Below are positions 1-9,399 of a stretch of 48,036 nucleotides of DNA, piece after piece. The stretch comes from Methanobacteriota archaeon (GTDB lineage: Archaea > Undinarchaeota > Undinarchaeia > Undinarchaeales > Undinarchaeaceae): assembly GCA_002687935.1 (NCBI GenBank), contig NZBN01000008.1, positions 1 through 48,036 on the forward strand, in the 5' to 3' direction. A program made the translations under genes and the position numbers. The notes beneath the pieces were generated by a model. It was not told the origin of the DNA and did not search any database. It was given only the letters and a program-made list of their open reading frames with translations. Position 1 is the first letter of the stretch. Every line of letters starts with the position of its first letter.

Positions 1-114
1 TCATATATAAATCATTCTATTGTTAGTTATTTCTAATAAAAGTATAACCATTCTCTAACATATCTGTTATAGAGCATTAACAGAGCTGTAAAAACAATAA
101 CAAGCGAGCAATAA

Positions 115-534
115 TTATACTAATTCGGATTCACTAAAGAATATTGGAATTTCTCTCTCAGCTGATTTAATAGAATCTGAAGCGTGAACTAAGTTTCGAG
201 GAAGTTCTTCTTCCCCAAGATCTCCACGGATTGTTCCAGACTCGGCATTCTCAGGATTAGTTGCACCGATTAAATCACGAACTTTCTGAACTGCTCCTTC
301 TGACTCAAGAACCAATAGGAGAGCAGGACCTTCCATAGCGAAATCAACAAGTCCTTGATAAAAGTCTCTTTCTGAATGCTCCTGATATAATGTCTCTGCC
401 TGTTCCTGTGAAACATTGAAAAGTTTCGCAGCCCTTATTGTAAAACCGGCACCTTCTATTCTCTTGATTATTTCACCAACAAGTCCTCTTTTTACAGAAT
501 CAGGTTTTATCATGCAAAAAGTTCTCTCAGTCAT
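115..534 (-). CDS. ndk: Nucleoside diphosphate kinase
   Basis: ERTFCMIKPD N-terminus, GTIRGD, RNLVHASDS with catalytic His; lies in the conserved L7Ae-S28e-L24e-ndk cluster. Confidence 0.97.
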   Translation of the reverse strand: MTERTFCMIKPDSVKRGLVGEIIKRIEGAGFTIRAAKLFNVSQEQAETLYQEHSERDFYQGLVDFAMEGPALLLVLESEGAVQKVRDLIGATNPENAESGTIRGDLGEEELPRNLVHASDSIKSAEREIPIFFSESELV

Positions 535-859
535 TTTTCTTTTCCTCTGCTTCTTTCTTCTCTTCTTTATTCTCTGTTGTTTTTACTAGTTCAGCTTCAT
601 TTTCAGGTTTTGGAGGCTTACCCTTTTCCTTCTTTGGCTGAGCTTCCGACTTTGCACGAACCTCAGCTGCTACATCTATTCTTCCTTTTGCCTTCTGATA
701 TTTTCGTGTCCAACCAAATTTAACAGGATTTCTTCCGAGTTTGAGAAGGTTCTTCTCGCACTTGTTAGAACAGAAATAGAGAAGTGAACCCTCTTTCTTG
801 ACGAAAATCTTACCAGTACCTCTTTCAATCTCGGTACCGCAAAAAGAACATCTTTCCAT
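527..859 (-). CDS. rpl24e: 50S ribosomal protein L24e (eL24) with Lys/Glu-rich C-terminal extension
   Basis: CSFCGTEIERGTG...FCSNKCEKN zinc motif, RNPVKFGWT; operon context. Confidence 0.95.
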   Translation of the reverse strand: MERCSFCGTEIERGTGKIFVKKEGSLLYFCSNKCEKNLLKLGRNPVKFGWTRKYQKAKGRIDVAAEVRAKSEAQPKKEKGKPPKPENEAELVKTTENKEEKKEAEEKKND

Positions 860-860
860 T

Positions 861-1241
861 TTAAACTCTCTTTATATCTCCTACATCCATAAGACCGCGT
901 TTTAGAAGAAGTATATCTCCTTCACGAATAGGTCCTTTAACATTTCTTTTTACAACGCGCCCTTTGTCTCTTCCGTCGAGAACCTCAGCTCTAACCTGAA
1001 TAATTCCTCCAGTTGCACCAGTTCGTCTCATTATTTCAGTAACTCGTGCAGGAATTGAAGATTCTGCTGCAAGAGGTGCGCCTTCCTGTTTTGACTCTTT
1101 TTTTGAAGTTTTCTTTGATTTTTCTTTTGAAGGTTTTTTAGAGACCTCTTTAGGAGCTTCAGAATCTTTGGAATCTTCCTTTGAGTCTTTTGACTCTTCA
1201 GTGAGTTCCTTCTTTTCAGGCTCGGCCTCCTTCTTCGCCAT
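861..1241 (-). CDS. rps28e: 30S ribosomal protein S28e (eS28) with ~60 aa charged N-terminal extension
   Basis: [12 protein letters not shown]...[30 protein letters not shown]; start codon overlaps the L7Ae stop (TAATG). Confidence 0.93.
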   Translation of the reverse strand: MAKKEAEPEKKELTEESKDSKEDSKDSEAPKEVSKKPSKEKSKKTSKKESKQEGAPLAAESSIPARVTEIMRRTGATGGIIQVRAEVLDGRDKGRVVKRNVKGPIREGDILLLKRGLMDVGDIKRV

Positions 1242-1729
1242 TATTCAGATTTTTCCTCTTCAGTGGGTGCTTCAGGTTCTGCAGGTTTTTCTTCTGCTTT
1301 TTCTTCAGCGGGTGCTTCAGGTTCTGCAGGTTTTTCTTCTGCTTTTTCTTCAGCGGGTGCTTCAGGTTCCTTTGCCGGCTTCTTACTTCCTGCCTTTGAG
1401 AGCTCGCTTACAAGGTCTGTAAGTTGCTTCTTACCTTCACCAGCGTCGACAATTGCAACACATGCGGTAGGTACATTGAGGCCTGCTGCCTTTCCAAGCT
1501 CTGCTCTGAATGGAACTCCTATACAAGGAATTTCACGCTCTTTGCAAAGCGGTGTTATGTGAGCCACTACTTCTGGAGGAGAAACATCCTCAGCAAAAAT
1601 GACGAGTTTTGTCTGCTTCCTCTCAATGGCTTTTGTGGACTCATTGGTCCCTTTCCTAAGCTTTCCAGTCTCTGAAACTATGTTTAGAAGACTGTAAGCC
1701 TTATTTACAAGTTCTTGGTTTTCTGTCAT
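1241..1729 (-). CDS. rpl7ae: Ribosomal/RNP protein L7Ae (eL8) with repetitive acidic C-terminal tail; start reassigned from 1759 to ATG at 1729
   Basis: [16 protein letters not shown]...[16 protein letters not shown]...ELGKAAGL; SD GAGGTGA just upstream of ATG 1729. Confidence 0.96.
   Translation of the reverse strand: MTENQELVNKAYSLLNIVSETGKLRKGTNESTKAIERKQTKLVIFAEDVSPPEVVAHITPLCKEREIPCIGVPFRAELGKAAGLNVPTACVAIVDAGEGKKQLTDLVSELSKAGSKKPAKEPEAPAEEKAEEKPAEPEAPAEEKAEEKPAEPEAPTEEEKSE
1265..1369. repeat. 45-bp tandem repeat (2 exact copies plus a 15-bp partial copy) encoding [15 protein letters not shown] in the L7Ae tail
   Basis: GGGTGCTTCAGGTTCTGCAGGTTTTTCTTCTGCTTTTTCTTCAGC at 1265-1309 and 1310-1354, partial at 1355-1369. 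Confidence 0.95.
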
Positions 1730-1766
1730 ATCAATCACCTCTCTTTCGAGATCAATCACGTGGCGT
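1730..1766 (-). promoter_or_regulatory. L7Ae 5' leader with putative kink-turn overlapping the SD
   Basis: Minus strand UUGA-[UCUC-GAAA-GAGA]-GGU-GAUU: 4-bp stem with GNRA loop, 3-nt bulge, tandem G.A/A.G and U.U pairs; the bulge and GA lie within SD GAGGUGA. Confidence 0.65.
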
Positions 1767-1784
1767 ATTTAGAGTTTAAAGATG

Positions 1785-1792
1785 TATATAAA
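1785..1792 (-). promoter_or_regulatory. TATA box for the L7Ae-S28e-L24e-ndk operon
   Basis: TTTATATA on the minus strand in the gltX-rpl7ae gap. Confidence 0.6.
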
Positions 1793-1804
1793 TGTTGAGG
1801 AGAG

Positions 1805-3406
1805 CTACTCATGTGTAAAAATGAACTTAATTGGCTTGTCTGACGACTCTACACGTGCGAAACCGACGCGTTCGAACTGAACAATTTCCCCAAGCTTAAG
1901 TTTGGAAACTTCCTTTTGTGCAAGACCTTTGATTGTTTTTCCTGTTTCAGAAATAAGTAATTCTGTATCTACTGCATCAGTGTCAACCCACTGTAATTTT
2001 TTAGTGTCCGCCTTAACTTCATCCGAGTCAAATTCGGCTTTTCCCTTAGTTGTGAGCTTCACATTGAAAAGGTCTTTAAGCCTGAATATTTCCCCCTTTT
2101 TCATTGATTTTGCATCAGCCTTTGGAATGTAGAAAGTTCCTTTAGACTTCACTTCGATTTTCTCAGGAGAGGGAACAAAAAAGTAATGTTTTGTTTTTGG
2201 ACTGAGAATTTTCCTGTTTATTGTGTTTAAAGCATCAATGCTTATTGTTGTACTTCCGGAAGTCATTCTCACCTCCTTGGCAAGACGTTCGAGTGTTTCC
2301 GGAACAATACCGCGACGCTTTATAGCTTTGAGTGTTGCGAGACGTGGGTCATCCCAGCCACTTACCTTGCCGTTGTCAATAAGCTTCTGAATTTCTCTTT
2401 TTGAAGTTGGAGTACCCTCCAGATTTATTCTCGAATACGATATAATATGAGGATTATCCATACCAAGAAGCTCCCTTATTTTGTTCTGCAGTTTATTTCT
2501 TTGCTGAAACTCATTGGAACGGAGGACGTGAGTCACACCACATTTTGCATCTTCTATTGCATTTGCGAAATCATATAAAGGCCAGACTCTGTATTTATTG
2601 CCTTGTAGAGGATGTTCAGCTTCGACGATTCTCATTATAGTTGGGTCACGGAAAGTTGTGTTCTTCGACTTCATATCAAGTTTCAGGCGAAGGCTTGCAC
2701 TTCCCGGCTTGAGAGTAGTCTTCATTTCAGTGAAGAGTTTATCACTCTTTTCAGGAGAGATTCTGCGACATGGACAATTCTTACCGTCATAACGAAGCTT
2801 TCTTGATTTTTCAACAGGACATACGCAAACATAGGCATCGCCTGAATTTATGAGAGCCTCAGCATGTTTATAGAATAAATCAATATCATCAGAATTTCTT
2901 TTTACCTTGTCATATTTTATACCAAGCCATGCAAGATCTTCCTTAATTGCCTCATAATATTCTGTTCTTTCCTTCTCTGGATTTGTATCCTCAAACCTGA
3001 GAATTAATTTTCCGGAATATTTTTGTGCATAATAATGATTGAAAAAGAAGGAAACTGCGTGCCCAATATGAAGATAACCATTAGGCTCAGGTGCAAGTCG
3101 TGTTACAACCTTCCCTTTTACAGCCCCAGGAAGCTCAGGAAGTTCTCGTTCCACCTTCTCCTTTTTCTCGAAGAGTTCAGGTTTTTCCTCTTTTAGGATG
3201 ACTTCCATTTCACCAATACTAAGTTTGTTGGCATCCTTTACAGCTTTTGAAATAAGTTTACGTAAAGTTGGAAGATCCTTCTTTAGAGATTGATTTGAAG
3301 AAAGTGTCTTCCCAAGGACAGCTCCTTCACTTGCCTTTCCTTTATGAAGAAATGCGTTTTCAAGGGCAAAGAGGAAAACATCACGCTCTATTTTTTTGGC
3401 GACCAT
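1805..3406 (-). CDS. gltX: Glutamyl-tRNA synthetase (archaeal type)
   Basis: RLAPEPNGYLHIGHA (HIGH), LRFEDTNP, YDFANAIEDAKCGVTHVLRSNEF, GWDDPRLATL. Confidence 0.97.
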   Translation of the reverse strand: MVAKKIERDVFLFALENAFLHKGKASEGAVLGKTLSSNQSLKKDLPTLRKLISKAVKDANKLSIGEMEVILKEEKPELFEKKEKVERELPELPGAVKGKVVTRLAPEPNGYLHIGHAVSFFFNHYYAQKYSGKLILRFEDTNPEKERTEYYEAIKEDLAWLGIKYDKVKRNSDDIDLFYKHAEALINSGDAYVCVCPVEKSRKLRYDGKNCPCRRISPEKSDKLFTEMKTTLKPGSASLRLKLDMKSKNTTFRDPTIMRIVEAEHPLQGNKYRVWPLYDFANAIEDAKCGVTHVLRSNEFQQRNKLQNKIRELLGMDNPHIISYSRINLEGTPTSKREIQKLIDNGKVSGWDDPRLATLKAIKRRGIVPETLERLAKEVRMTSGSTTISIDALNTINRKILSPKTKHYFFVPSPEKIEVKSKGTFYIPKADAKSMKKGEIFRLKDLFNVKLTTKGKAEFDSDEVKADTKKLQWVDTDAVDTELLISETGKTIKGLAQKEVSKLKLGEIVQFERVGFARVESSDKPIKFIFTHE

Positions 3407-3428
3407 AGTTTAAAGTTGAATAATAAAT

Positions 3429-4766
3429 TTAAATAGATATCCTCCTGCCGTTTCTTAGCAGGTGGACATTCTTTCCAATAATATATTTATCCTGCCCTAG
3501 CTCCTTGTTTATCTCCTCAGCGAGAGTTCCAAAGGCGGCCAATTTCTCAATATCTCCATGACAAGGTATTATGTGCTCAGGCTTAACCATGTGAAGAAAT
3601 TCACGGTGGTCCTCTCGGGCAGAGTGACCAGAAACATGAACATCTCTAAATATTCTGGCTCCCTGAGTAGTGAGCACATCCTCTAAACGCTTCCTGTTCT
3701 GTATATTTACAGGCGTTGGGATCGTAATACATGAGAACATTATTTTGTCACCAGGGTCGATTGTGAATGTATATTCCTTCCTGGCTATCCTTGAGAGAAT
3801 TGCATTTGGTTCACCCTGACCTCCTGTGCAAACGATGATATATTTTGACTTGTCACGGGCTATTTTCTTAAGTATGGCTCTTACAGCCCTTTGATGCCCG
3901 GCTATTTCAACATTAGGGAATTTTTTGAAATTGATTTTCTTTGCAACATCTGTGTACTTTCCGATAGACCTTCCAAGGAAAACAACTTTTCTCCGCATTC
4001 CTTTTGATGCCTCAACAATAGTATTAAGCCTTTCTATATGTGAAGAAAAGCATGCAATAACTATTGCATTTTTTGAAGCCATATTATCGCGCAGAGTATC
4101 TTTTAGCATCTCCAGAGCAACAGATTCAGAAGGAGTCTTTCCTTTTTCTCCAGATCTGATTGCCTCTACAATAAGAGCATGAACTCCTTTATTTCCAATC
4201 TTCCTTATGCGCTTATAATCAGGAGGAGGTGAGAGTTTCTGTTTGTTATCTAGCTTGTAATCAATTCCATAGAAAACCGCACCATATTTTGTATGGAGAA
4301 CAGGGAAAACAGTCTGTGGAACGGAGTGAGTACTGTGAATAAACTCCAAAGTAACGTCTCCGAATTCCAGTTCCTCGCCGGCATTCATAACCACGAAATT
4401 ATTGAAATTTAATTTATCATCCTTGATATTTGATTTAAGAAGTTCAATTGTAAAGGGAGTTCCTATAACGGGAGCATTATATCTTGCAGCAAGATAGCCT
4501 ACTGCCCCAATATGGTCAAGATGCGCATGTGAGAGTATTATCGCTTCAACCTTTCCTTTGAACTCATCTAGAATTGAATCGTCAGGAATTGCGCCAGACT
4601 GCAGAAGATTTTTTTTGTTTATAGGCAGACCTGACTCCTGTAACAAAATCATTTTGTCAAGAGCTATCCCCATATCAAGAATAAAGACCTTCTCATCAAT
4701 TTTCACAGCGGTCATATTCATACCGACTTCTTCGTATCCGCCGATTGCAAAAACATCTACTGCCAT
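3429..4766 (-). CDS. rnj: Ribonuclease J (beta-CASP metallo-beta-lactamase)
   Basis: IGGYEEVGMNMTAV, SHAHLDHIG, GGQGEP, HVSGH. Confidence 0.93.
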   Translation of the reverse strand: MAVDVFAIGGYEEVGMNMTAVKIDEKVFILDMGIALDKMILLQESGLPINKKNLLQSGAIPDDSILDEFKGKVEAIILSHAHLDHIGAVGYLAARYNAPVIGTPFTIELLKSNIKDDKLNFNNFVVMNAGEELEFGDVTLEFIHSTHSVPQTVFPVLHTKYGAVFYGIDYKLDNKQKLSPPPDYKRIRKIGNKGVHALIVEAIRSGEKGKTPSESVALEMLKDTLRDNMASKNAIVIACFSSHIERLNTIVEASKGMRRKVVFLGRSIGKYTDVAKKINFKKFPNVEIAGHQRAVRAILKKIARDKSKYIIVCTGGQGEPNAILSRIARKEYTFTIDPGDKIMFSCITIPTPVNIQNRKRLEDVLTTQGARIFRDVHVSGHSAREDHREFLHMVKPEHIIPCHGDIEKLAAFGTLAEEINKELGQDKYIIGKNVHLLRNGRRISI

Positions 4767-4811
4767 AAGTCTCTAAACTGTTTTGTATTTATTAAGCTTA
4801 GCCTTTAAGAA

Positions 4812-5447
4812 CTACTGGGGCTGAACTTCGGAAATATCCTCAAATTCTTCCAAGGGGACTTTGAAATCGTCTGCACTCTTCAGTTTTCCACGCTTAAGCA
4901 GGACTTCTCGGGCAAGAACCCAGAAGACGAGAGCAAGTGATTTCTTTCCTTTGTTATTGACAGGCAGAACAAAATCAATGTTCTGCGTCATATTATTGGT
5001 ATCGCAAAGAGCCAGAACAGGAACATTATTTGAACAGGCTTCTGTAATTGCCTGCTTGTCACCTGCAGGGTCAACAGCGATTAGTAGCGCAGGCTCCCTG
5101 AATCCCTTATACTCAGGATTTGTGAAAGTTCCTGGCATGTACCTTGTAGTATAGGAATTTGCCCCTGTAACTTCTGCAAATTTATCAGCAGCCTTCTTTC
5201 CGGCATCTCTTGCACAAACAACAACCACTTTTGCAGAGGGATGCTTGGCAATGTAATCTGATGCCTCACCGAGCTTCTTGTCAATTAAACCTATATCAAG
5301 AATTGAGAGACCATCAGGTCTTATTTTGTAAATGTACAGAAGCATATCCTTCATCTTTCTCTGCGTCCCAATGTGGACTCCTGCTGCAAGATACTTGTCC
5401 AGTGATACAAGATTTCCATCAGGTATTGTCTGTATTTCGTCTTTCAT
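4812..5447 (-). CDS. rps2: 30S ribosomal protein S2 (uS2)
   Basis: YLAAGVHIGT, RYMPGTFTNP, PVLALCDT, PVNNKGKKSLALVFWVLAREVL. Confidence 0.97.
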   Translation of the reverse strand: MKDEIQTIPDGNLVSLDKYLAAGVHIGTQRKMKDMLLYIYKIRPDGLSILDIGLIDKKLGEASDYIAKHPSAKVVVVCARDAGKKAADKFAEVTGANSYTTRYMPGTFTNPEYKGFREPALLIAVDPAGDKQAITEACSNNVPVLALCDTNNMTQNIDFVLPVNNKGKKSLALVFWVLAREVLLKRGKLKSADDFKVPLEEFEDISEVQPQ

Positions 5448-6661
5448 TAGATTCTAGTTTTTGCCATCTCGAGTTCGGGATTCTGTTCTTCAATTCTGAG
5501 AACTTCATTTAATTTTGCGACTCGTTCGCCTCCGACAACCCCTGTTTTTATTAGTGGTGCCGAGAATCCGACTGCCAGATGGGCTATCGAATTATCGCTT
5601 GTCTCTCCCGAACGATGGGAGACAACAGAAGCGTATCTGCTCTGGTTTGCCTCTTTTATAACCTTTTCTGTCTCAGTAAGGGAACCGACCTGATTTGGTT
5701 TGATTATAATTGAATTGCAGGCTTCTTTGTCTATTGCGGTCTTTAATCGTTCAGAGTTTGTTACAGTTAAATCGTCAGCAACAACAAGACATTTCTTTCC
5801 GACAGACTTCACTAATTCGGAAAACCCGTCAAAATCATCCTCTTGCATTGGGTCTTCCAGATAGAAAATACCAAAGTGCTCAACAAGTTCAGCCATATAA
5901 TTTGCCTGCTCTTCTGGAGACAGTTCTTTGTGCCCATAGGAATATTTTCCATCGCTGTAAAATTCACTTGCCGCCACATCAAGACCAGGATGAATTTCAA
6001 ACCCGAGGTCTGCTGACACTTCCTGACACGATTCTGAAAGAACTTGAAGTGCTGAATCAGTTGTAATTTTTGGAGCCCAGGCACCTTCATCATTTCTTCC
6101 GCGTGTAAAATCTTTTATTGAAGAAGCTAGTTTTTCACCTGCCTTTTTATGTACAAGAGAATTTGCAAAAGATGCCTCAGAAAAGGATGGCGCTCCAGTA
6201 GGAATGCACAGAAATTCCTGTATTTCCGGACTGCCTTTTCCTGAATGAACTCCGCCACCGATTACATTGCCAACTGGGCGAGGAAGTGTTGAGCCTCCAA
6301 AAAGCTCATAGAATTGTATTTCCTTTTCGAGTGCCTCAAGACGGGCTGTTGCCAGAGAAAGGGCAACTGAGAGATTTCCTCCAAGATTTTGCATACCCTC
6401 ATCTTCCTCTGCCAGAAGACTGTCAAGAGCCTTGTAAGTGATTTCAGTTCCAATAATTTTATCTCGGTAAGTACTGTTAAAAGTAGCTATTGCCTGTGAG
6501 GCTCCTCCTTCTGGAAATGCTTGTACTTCATGAGCCCCTACACTCGCCCCGGAAGGAGCCGCAGCACGTCCATAAAAAGCACCTGAATAAACCTGTACTT
6601 CAACAGTCTTGTTTCCACGAGAATCAAAGATTTCCCGAGCAAGAACATTTGTGATTGTCAT
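5447..6661 (-). CDS. eno: Enolase
   Basis: AREIFDSRGNKTVEV, PSGASVG, GLDVAASEF, LEDP, IKPNQVG, SHRSGET, KTG. Confidence 0.97.
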   Translation of the reverse strand: MTITNVLAREIFDSRGNKTVEVQVYSGAFYGRAAAPSGASVGAHEVQAFPEGGASQAIATFNSTYRDKIIGTEITYKALDSLLAEEDEGMQNLGGNLSVALSLATARLEALEKEIQFYELFGGSTLPRPVGNVIGGGVHSGKGSPEIQEFLCIPTGAPSFSEASFANSLVHKKAGEKLASSIKDFTRGRNDEGAWAPKITTDSALQVLSESCQEVSADLGFEIHPGLDVAASEFYSDGKYSYGHKELSPEEQANYMAELVEHFGIFYLEDPMQEDDFDGFSELVKSVGKKCLVVADDLTVTNSERLKTAIDKEACNSIIIKPNQVGSLTETEKVIKEANQSRYASVVSHRSGETSDNSIAHLAVGFSAPLIKTGVVGGERVAKLNEVLRIEEQNPELEMAKTRI

Positions 6662-6773
6662 TATTAAACAGAGTTTCTGAAGTCTTATATAATTTTAGAT
6701 GTGCATATCAGAAAGTATTTATAATAAGTTTTTTAGTCTTATAATCAGAGTTATTGAAATAGTGGTGAATTTT
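6662..6773. promoter_or_regulatory. Divergent promoter region eno / psmB
   Basis: TATATAA on minus at 6691-6685, 23 nt before the eno ATG; TTTATAA on plus near 6718-6724; GGTGA SD at 6764-6768. Confidence 0.6.
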
Positions 6774-7406
6774 TTGGAAACAAAGGAGATGCAAAAATAT
6801 TTGAAGGGAACCACAACCCTTGCGTTCATATGCAAGAGCGGTGTTGTGGTAGGAAGCGATACCCGCTCAACTATGGGTTTTCTTATCTCTGATAAGAAGT
6901 CCAAAAAAATATACAATATAGATGACCGCATGGCGCTTACAACTGCAGGCCTTGTTGGTGACAATGTAACTCTTGTCCGAGTGATGAAAGCTCAGGCAGC
7001 ACTTTCAAGACTGGAGAAAAAACCACTTACAATAAAGGGAGCAGCGAACCTCCTTTCAAATATACTCTACTCAAGAAGGGGTTTCCCTTTCATGGTTCAG
7101 CTTGTTCTGGCCGGCTATGATTCAGCGCCACATGTCTATGAGCTGGATGCAGTAGGTGGAATGAGTGAGAAGAGTGTTTCCGCAACAGGTTCAGGAAGTC
7201 CGACAGCATATGGAGTTCTCGAATCTGAGTACAAGGAAGGAATGTCATTAGAAGACGGAATAAAGCTGGCAGTAAAGGCAGTTAAATCAGCCATGGAAAG
7301 AGACGCAGCAAGCGGAAATCACATAGACATAGTCACAGTCACGGGGGATGGATACGCAGAAGTTCCACAAGAAACCATCAAAGAAATACTGAAGAGTTTT
7401 GAATAA
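6774..7406 (+). CDS. psmB: Proteasome beta subunit; start likely TTG 6774 (alternatively ATG 6789) rather than 6699
   Basis: LKG|TTT processing site, GSDTR, GSGSPTAYGVLE, RDAASG; GGTGA SD 5 nt before the in-frame TTG. Confidence 0.95.
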   Translation: METKEMQKYLKGTTTLAFICKSGVVVGSDTRSTMGFLISDKKSKKIYNIDDRMALTTAGLVGDNVTLVRVMKAQAALSRLEKKPLTIKGAANLLSNILYSRRGFPFMVQLVLAGYDSAPHVYELDAVGGMSEKSVSATGSGSPTAYGVLESEYKEGMSLEDGIKLAVKAVKSAMERDAASGNHIDIVTVTGDGYAEVPQETIKEILKSFE

Positions 7407-7445
7407 ACTCATTGGATTTCTTTTGACAGATATTAAACAACTATT

Positions 7446-9362
7446 ATGAAGAAATTTGTAGAAGAGCTCAACGAAAAAATACCGAGCGGTGCGCAACTTA
7501 CGGAGGTTCAAGTAGAGGGATCTAAAATTATTCTTTATTCAAAGAATCCTGAATACTTTAGTGAAAACCCTGAACTGATTAAAACTATCGTAAGCAATTA
7601 CAAGAAAAGAGTAGACGTACGAGCGACACAGGAAATTTTGGCAGACCCAGACAAAGCTCGTCAGATTATAAACGAGCTTGTTCCCGATGAAGCCGGAATA
7701 GAAAATGTAACTTTTGTAACCGACATTAGTAGAGTAATAATTGAAGCTGACAAACCAGGTCTCGTAATAGGAAAGAGTGGAGCCACGCTTAAGGAAATAA
7801 AGGAAAAGATAAAGTGGTCTCCACGAGTTGAGCGAGTTCCTGTGATGAAGTCCAAGATTGTTGATACAGTCAGACAAGTCATTTACACAGATATGGACGC
7901 CCGGAAGAAATTCCTTGAGAAGCTTGGGAAGAAACTTCTGACAAAGAGTTCAAGTGGTGGACAGAAGGAGGAGAAAAGGGATTACTGGGTCCGAATGACT
8001 GCACTCGGAGGATTCAGACAGGTAGGAAGAAGCTCCGTTTTCGTTCAGACGCCAGAAAGCAGAGTCCTCATAGATTGCGGAGTCAATGTAGCAGCCACAG
8101 GAACAAAGGAATTCCCCTACCTCAATGCACCGGAATTTAAAATAGCAGACCTTGATGCAGTAGTCGTAACTCACGCACATTTGGACCATTCAGGAGCAAT
8201 ACCCTATCTTTTCAAATATGGCTATGACGGACCGGTTTATTCTACTCCGCCAACGCGTGACCTGATGACAATGCTTCAGCTAGATTATGTTGATATTGCC
8301 CAGAGAGAAGCAAAGAAAGTCCCTTACGGAAACAAGGACATACACGAGCTCATAAAACACAGCATAGTTCTTGATTACAAGGAAGTTACAGACATAACTT
8401 CAGATATGAGACTGACATTTTACAATGCAGGGCACATACTTGGCTCAGCTCAGGCACACCTGCATATAGGCGACGGTCTTCACAATTTAATCTATACCGG
8501 GGACCTAAAATATGCAAAAACTAATCTTTTGGACCAGGCAGAAACCAATTTTATGCGACTTGAAACTTTGATAATGGAGAGCACATATGGAGGAAGAACT
8601 AATATACAGCAGTCCCTTGAAATTGCGGAACAGCAGATGACAGATGTAATTAAGAATACTATACGCAAAGGAGGAAAAGTTCTTATTCCTGTACTTGCTG
8701 TAGGAAGAGCCCAGGAAGTTATGATAGCCCTCGACAAAATAGTCAGAAAAGAGTCCATGGATGGACTAAAGTGCTATCTTGACGGAATGATTTGGGATGC
8801 AACAGCAATACACAGTGCATATCCTGAATATCTTTCATCCAGCCTCAAGCAGAAAATGCTCAATGAGAACACAAATCCCTTCCTTTCAGGAATGTTCAAG
8901 AGAATAGGTGGGCATAAAGAGAGAGAAGAACTCATAACGAGTGAGGTTCCTGCTCTTATAATGGCAACATCCGGAATGATGCAAGGAGGGCCATCTGTTG
9001 AATACTTCAGGAGACTGGCAGAGAATCCGGATAATAGCATAGTATTTGTCGCCTACCAGCCAGAAGGTTGCCTTGGAAGACGAATCCAAAAAGGAATTCC
9101 CCAGATATCTGTTGAAAAATTAGGAGGGGGAAATGAAATGGTTAATGTCAAGATGGATGTTAACACTATAAGTGGTTTCTCTGGACACTCTGACAGAAAC
9201 CAGTTGATGAATTTTGTTTCAAGAGCAAGACCACGTCCTGAGAGAGTTTTAACCTGCCATGGAGAAAGTTCAAGATGTATTGACCTAGCAAGCTCTATTT
9301 ACAAGACATTTAAATTTGAGACCAGTGCCCCAAAGAATCTGGAAACTGTACGAGTACGCTGA
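7446..9362 (+). CDS. fttA: aCPSF1/FttA beta-CASP ribonuclease with N-terminal KH domains (transcription termination factor)
   Basis: KPGLVIGKSG (KH), LGGFRQVGRSS, THAHLDH, AGHILGSA, MESTYGG, FSGHSD; conserved psmB-aCPSF1 pairing. Confidence 0.96.
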   Translation: MKKFVEELNEKIPSGAQLTEVQVEGSKIILYSKNPEYFSENPELIKTIVSNYKKRVDVRATQEILADPDKARQIINELVPDEAGIENVTFVTDISRVIIEADKPGLVIGKSGATLKEIKEKIKWSPRVERVPVMKSKIVDTVRQVIYTDMDARKKFLEKLGKKLLTKSSSGGQKEEKRDYWVRMTALGGFRQVGRSSVFVQTPESRVLIDCGVNVAATGTKEFPYLNAPEFKIADLDAVVVTHAHLDHSGAIPYLFKYGYDGPVYSTPPTRDLMTMLQLDYVDIAQREAKKVPYGNKDIHELIKHSIVLDYKEVTDITSDMRLTFYNAGHILGSAQAHLHIGDGLHNLIYTGDLKYAKTNLLDQAETNFMRLETLIMESTYGGRTNIQQSLEIAEQQMTDVIKNTIRKGGKVLIPVLAVGRAQEVMIALDKIVRKESMDGLKCYLDGMIWDATAIHSAYPEYLSSSLKQKMLNENTNPFLSGMFKRIGGHKEREELITSEVPALIMATSGMMQGGPSVEYFRRLAENPDNSIVFVAYQPEGCLGRRIQKGIPQISVEKLGGGNEMVNVKMDVNTISGFSGHSDRNQLMNFVSRARPRPERVLTCHGESSRCIDLASSIYKTFKFETSAPKNLETVRVR

Positions 9363-9399
9363 GCTAAAGCTAATTTAATAAATTAAATTTTAACCAATT

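Noticed and set aside
1-114. Possible gene fragment at the left edge
   Set aside because: All three plus frames hit stops early and the minus frames give only short start-less peptides; nothing supportable
1168-1562. Plus-strand ORFs with repeated [15 protein letters not shown] and [11 protein letters not shown] units
   Set aside because: Antisense shadows of the 45-bp repeat in the L7Ae tail
1730-1759. Track start MIDLEREVID for L7Ae
   Set aside because: Begins at a GTG inside the leader hairpin; the SD position supports ATG 1729
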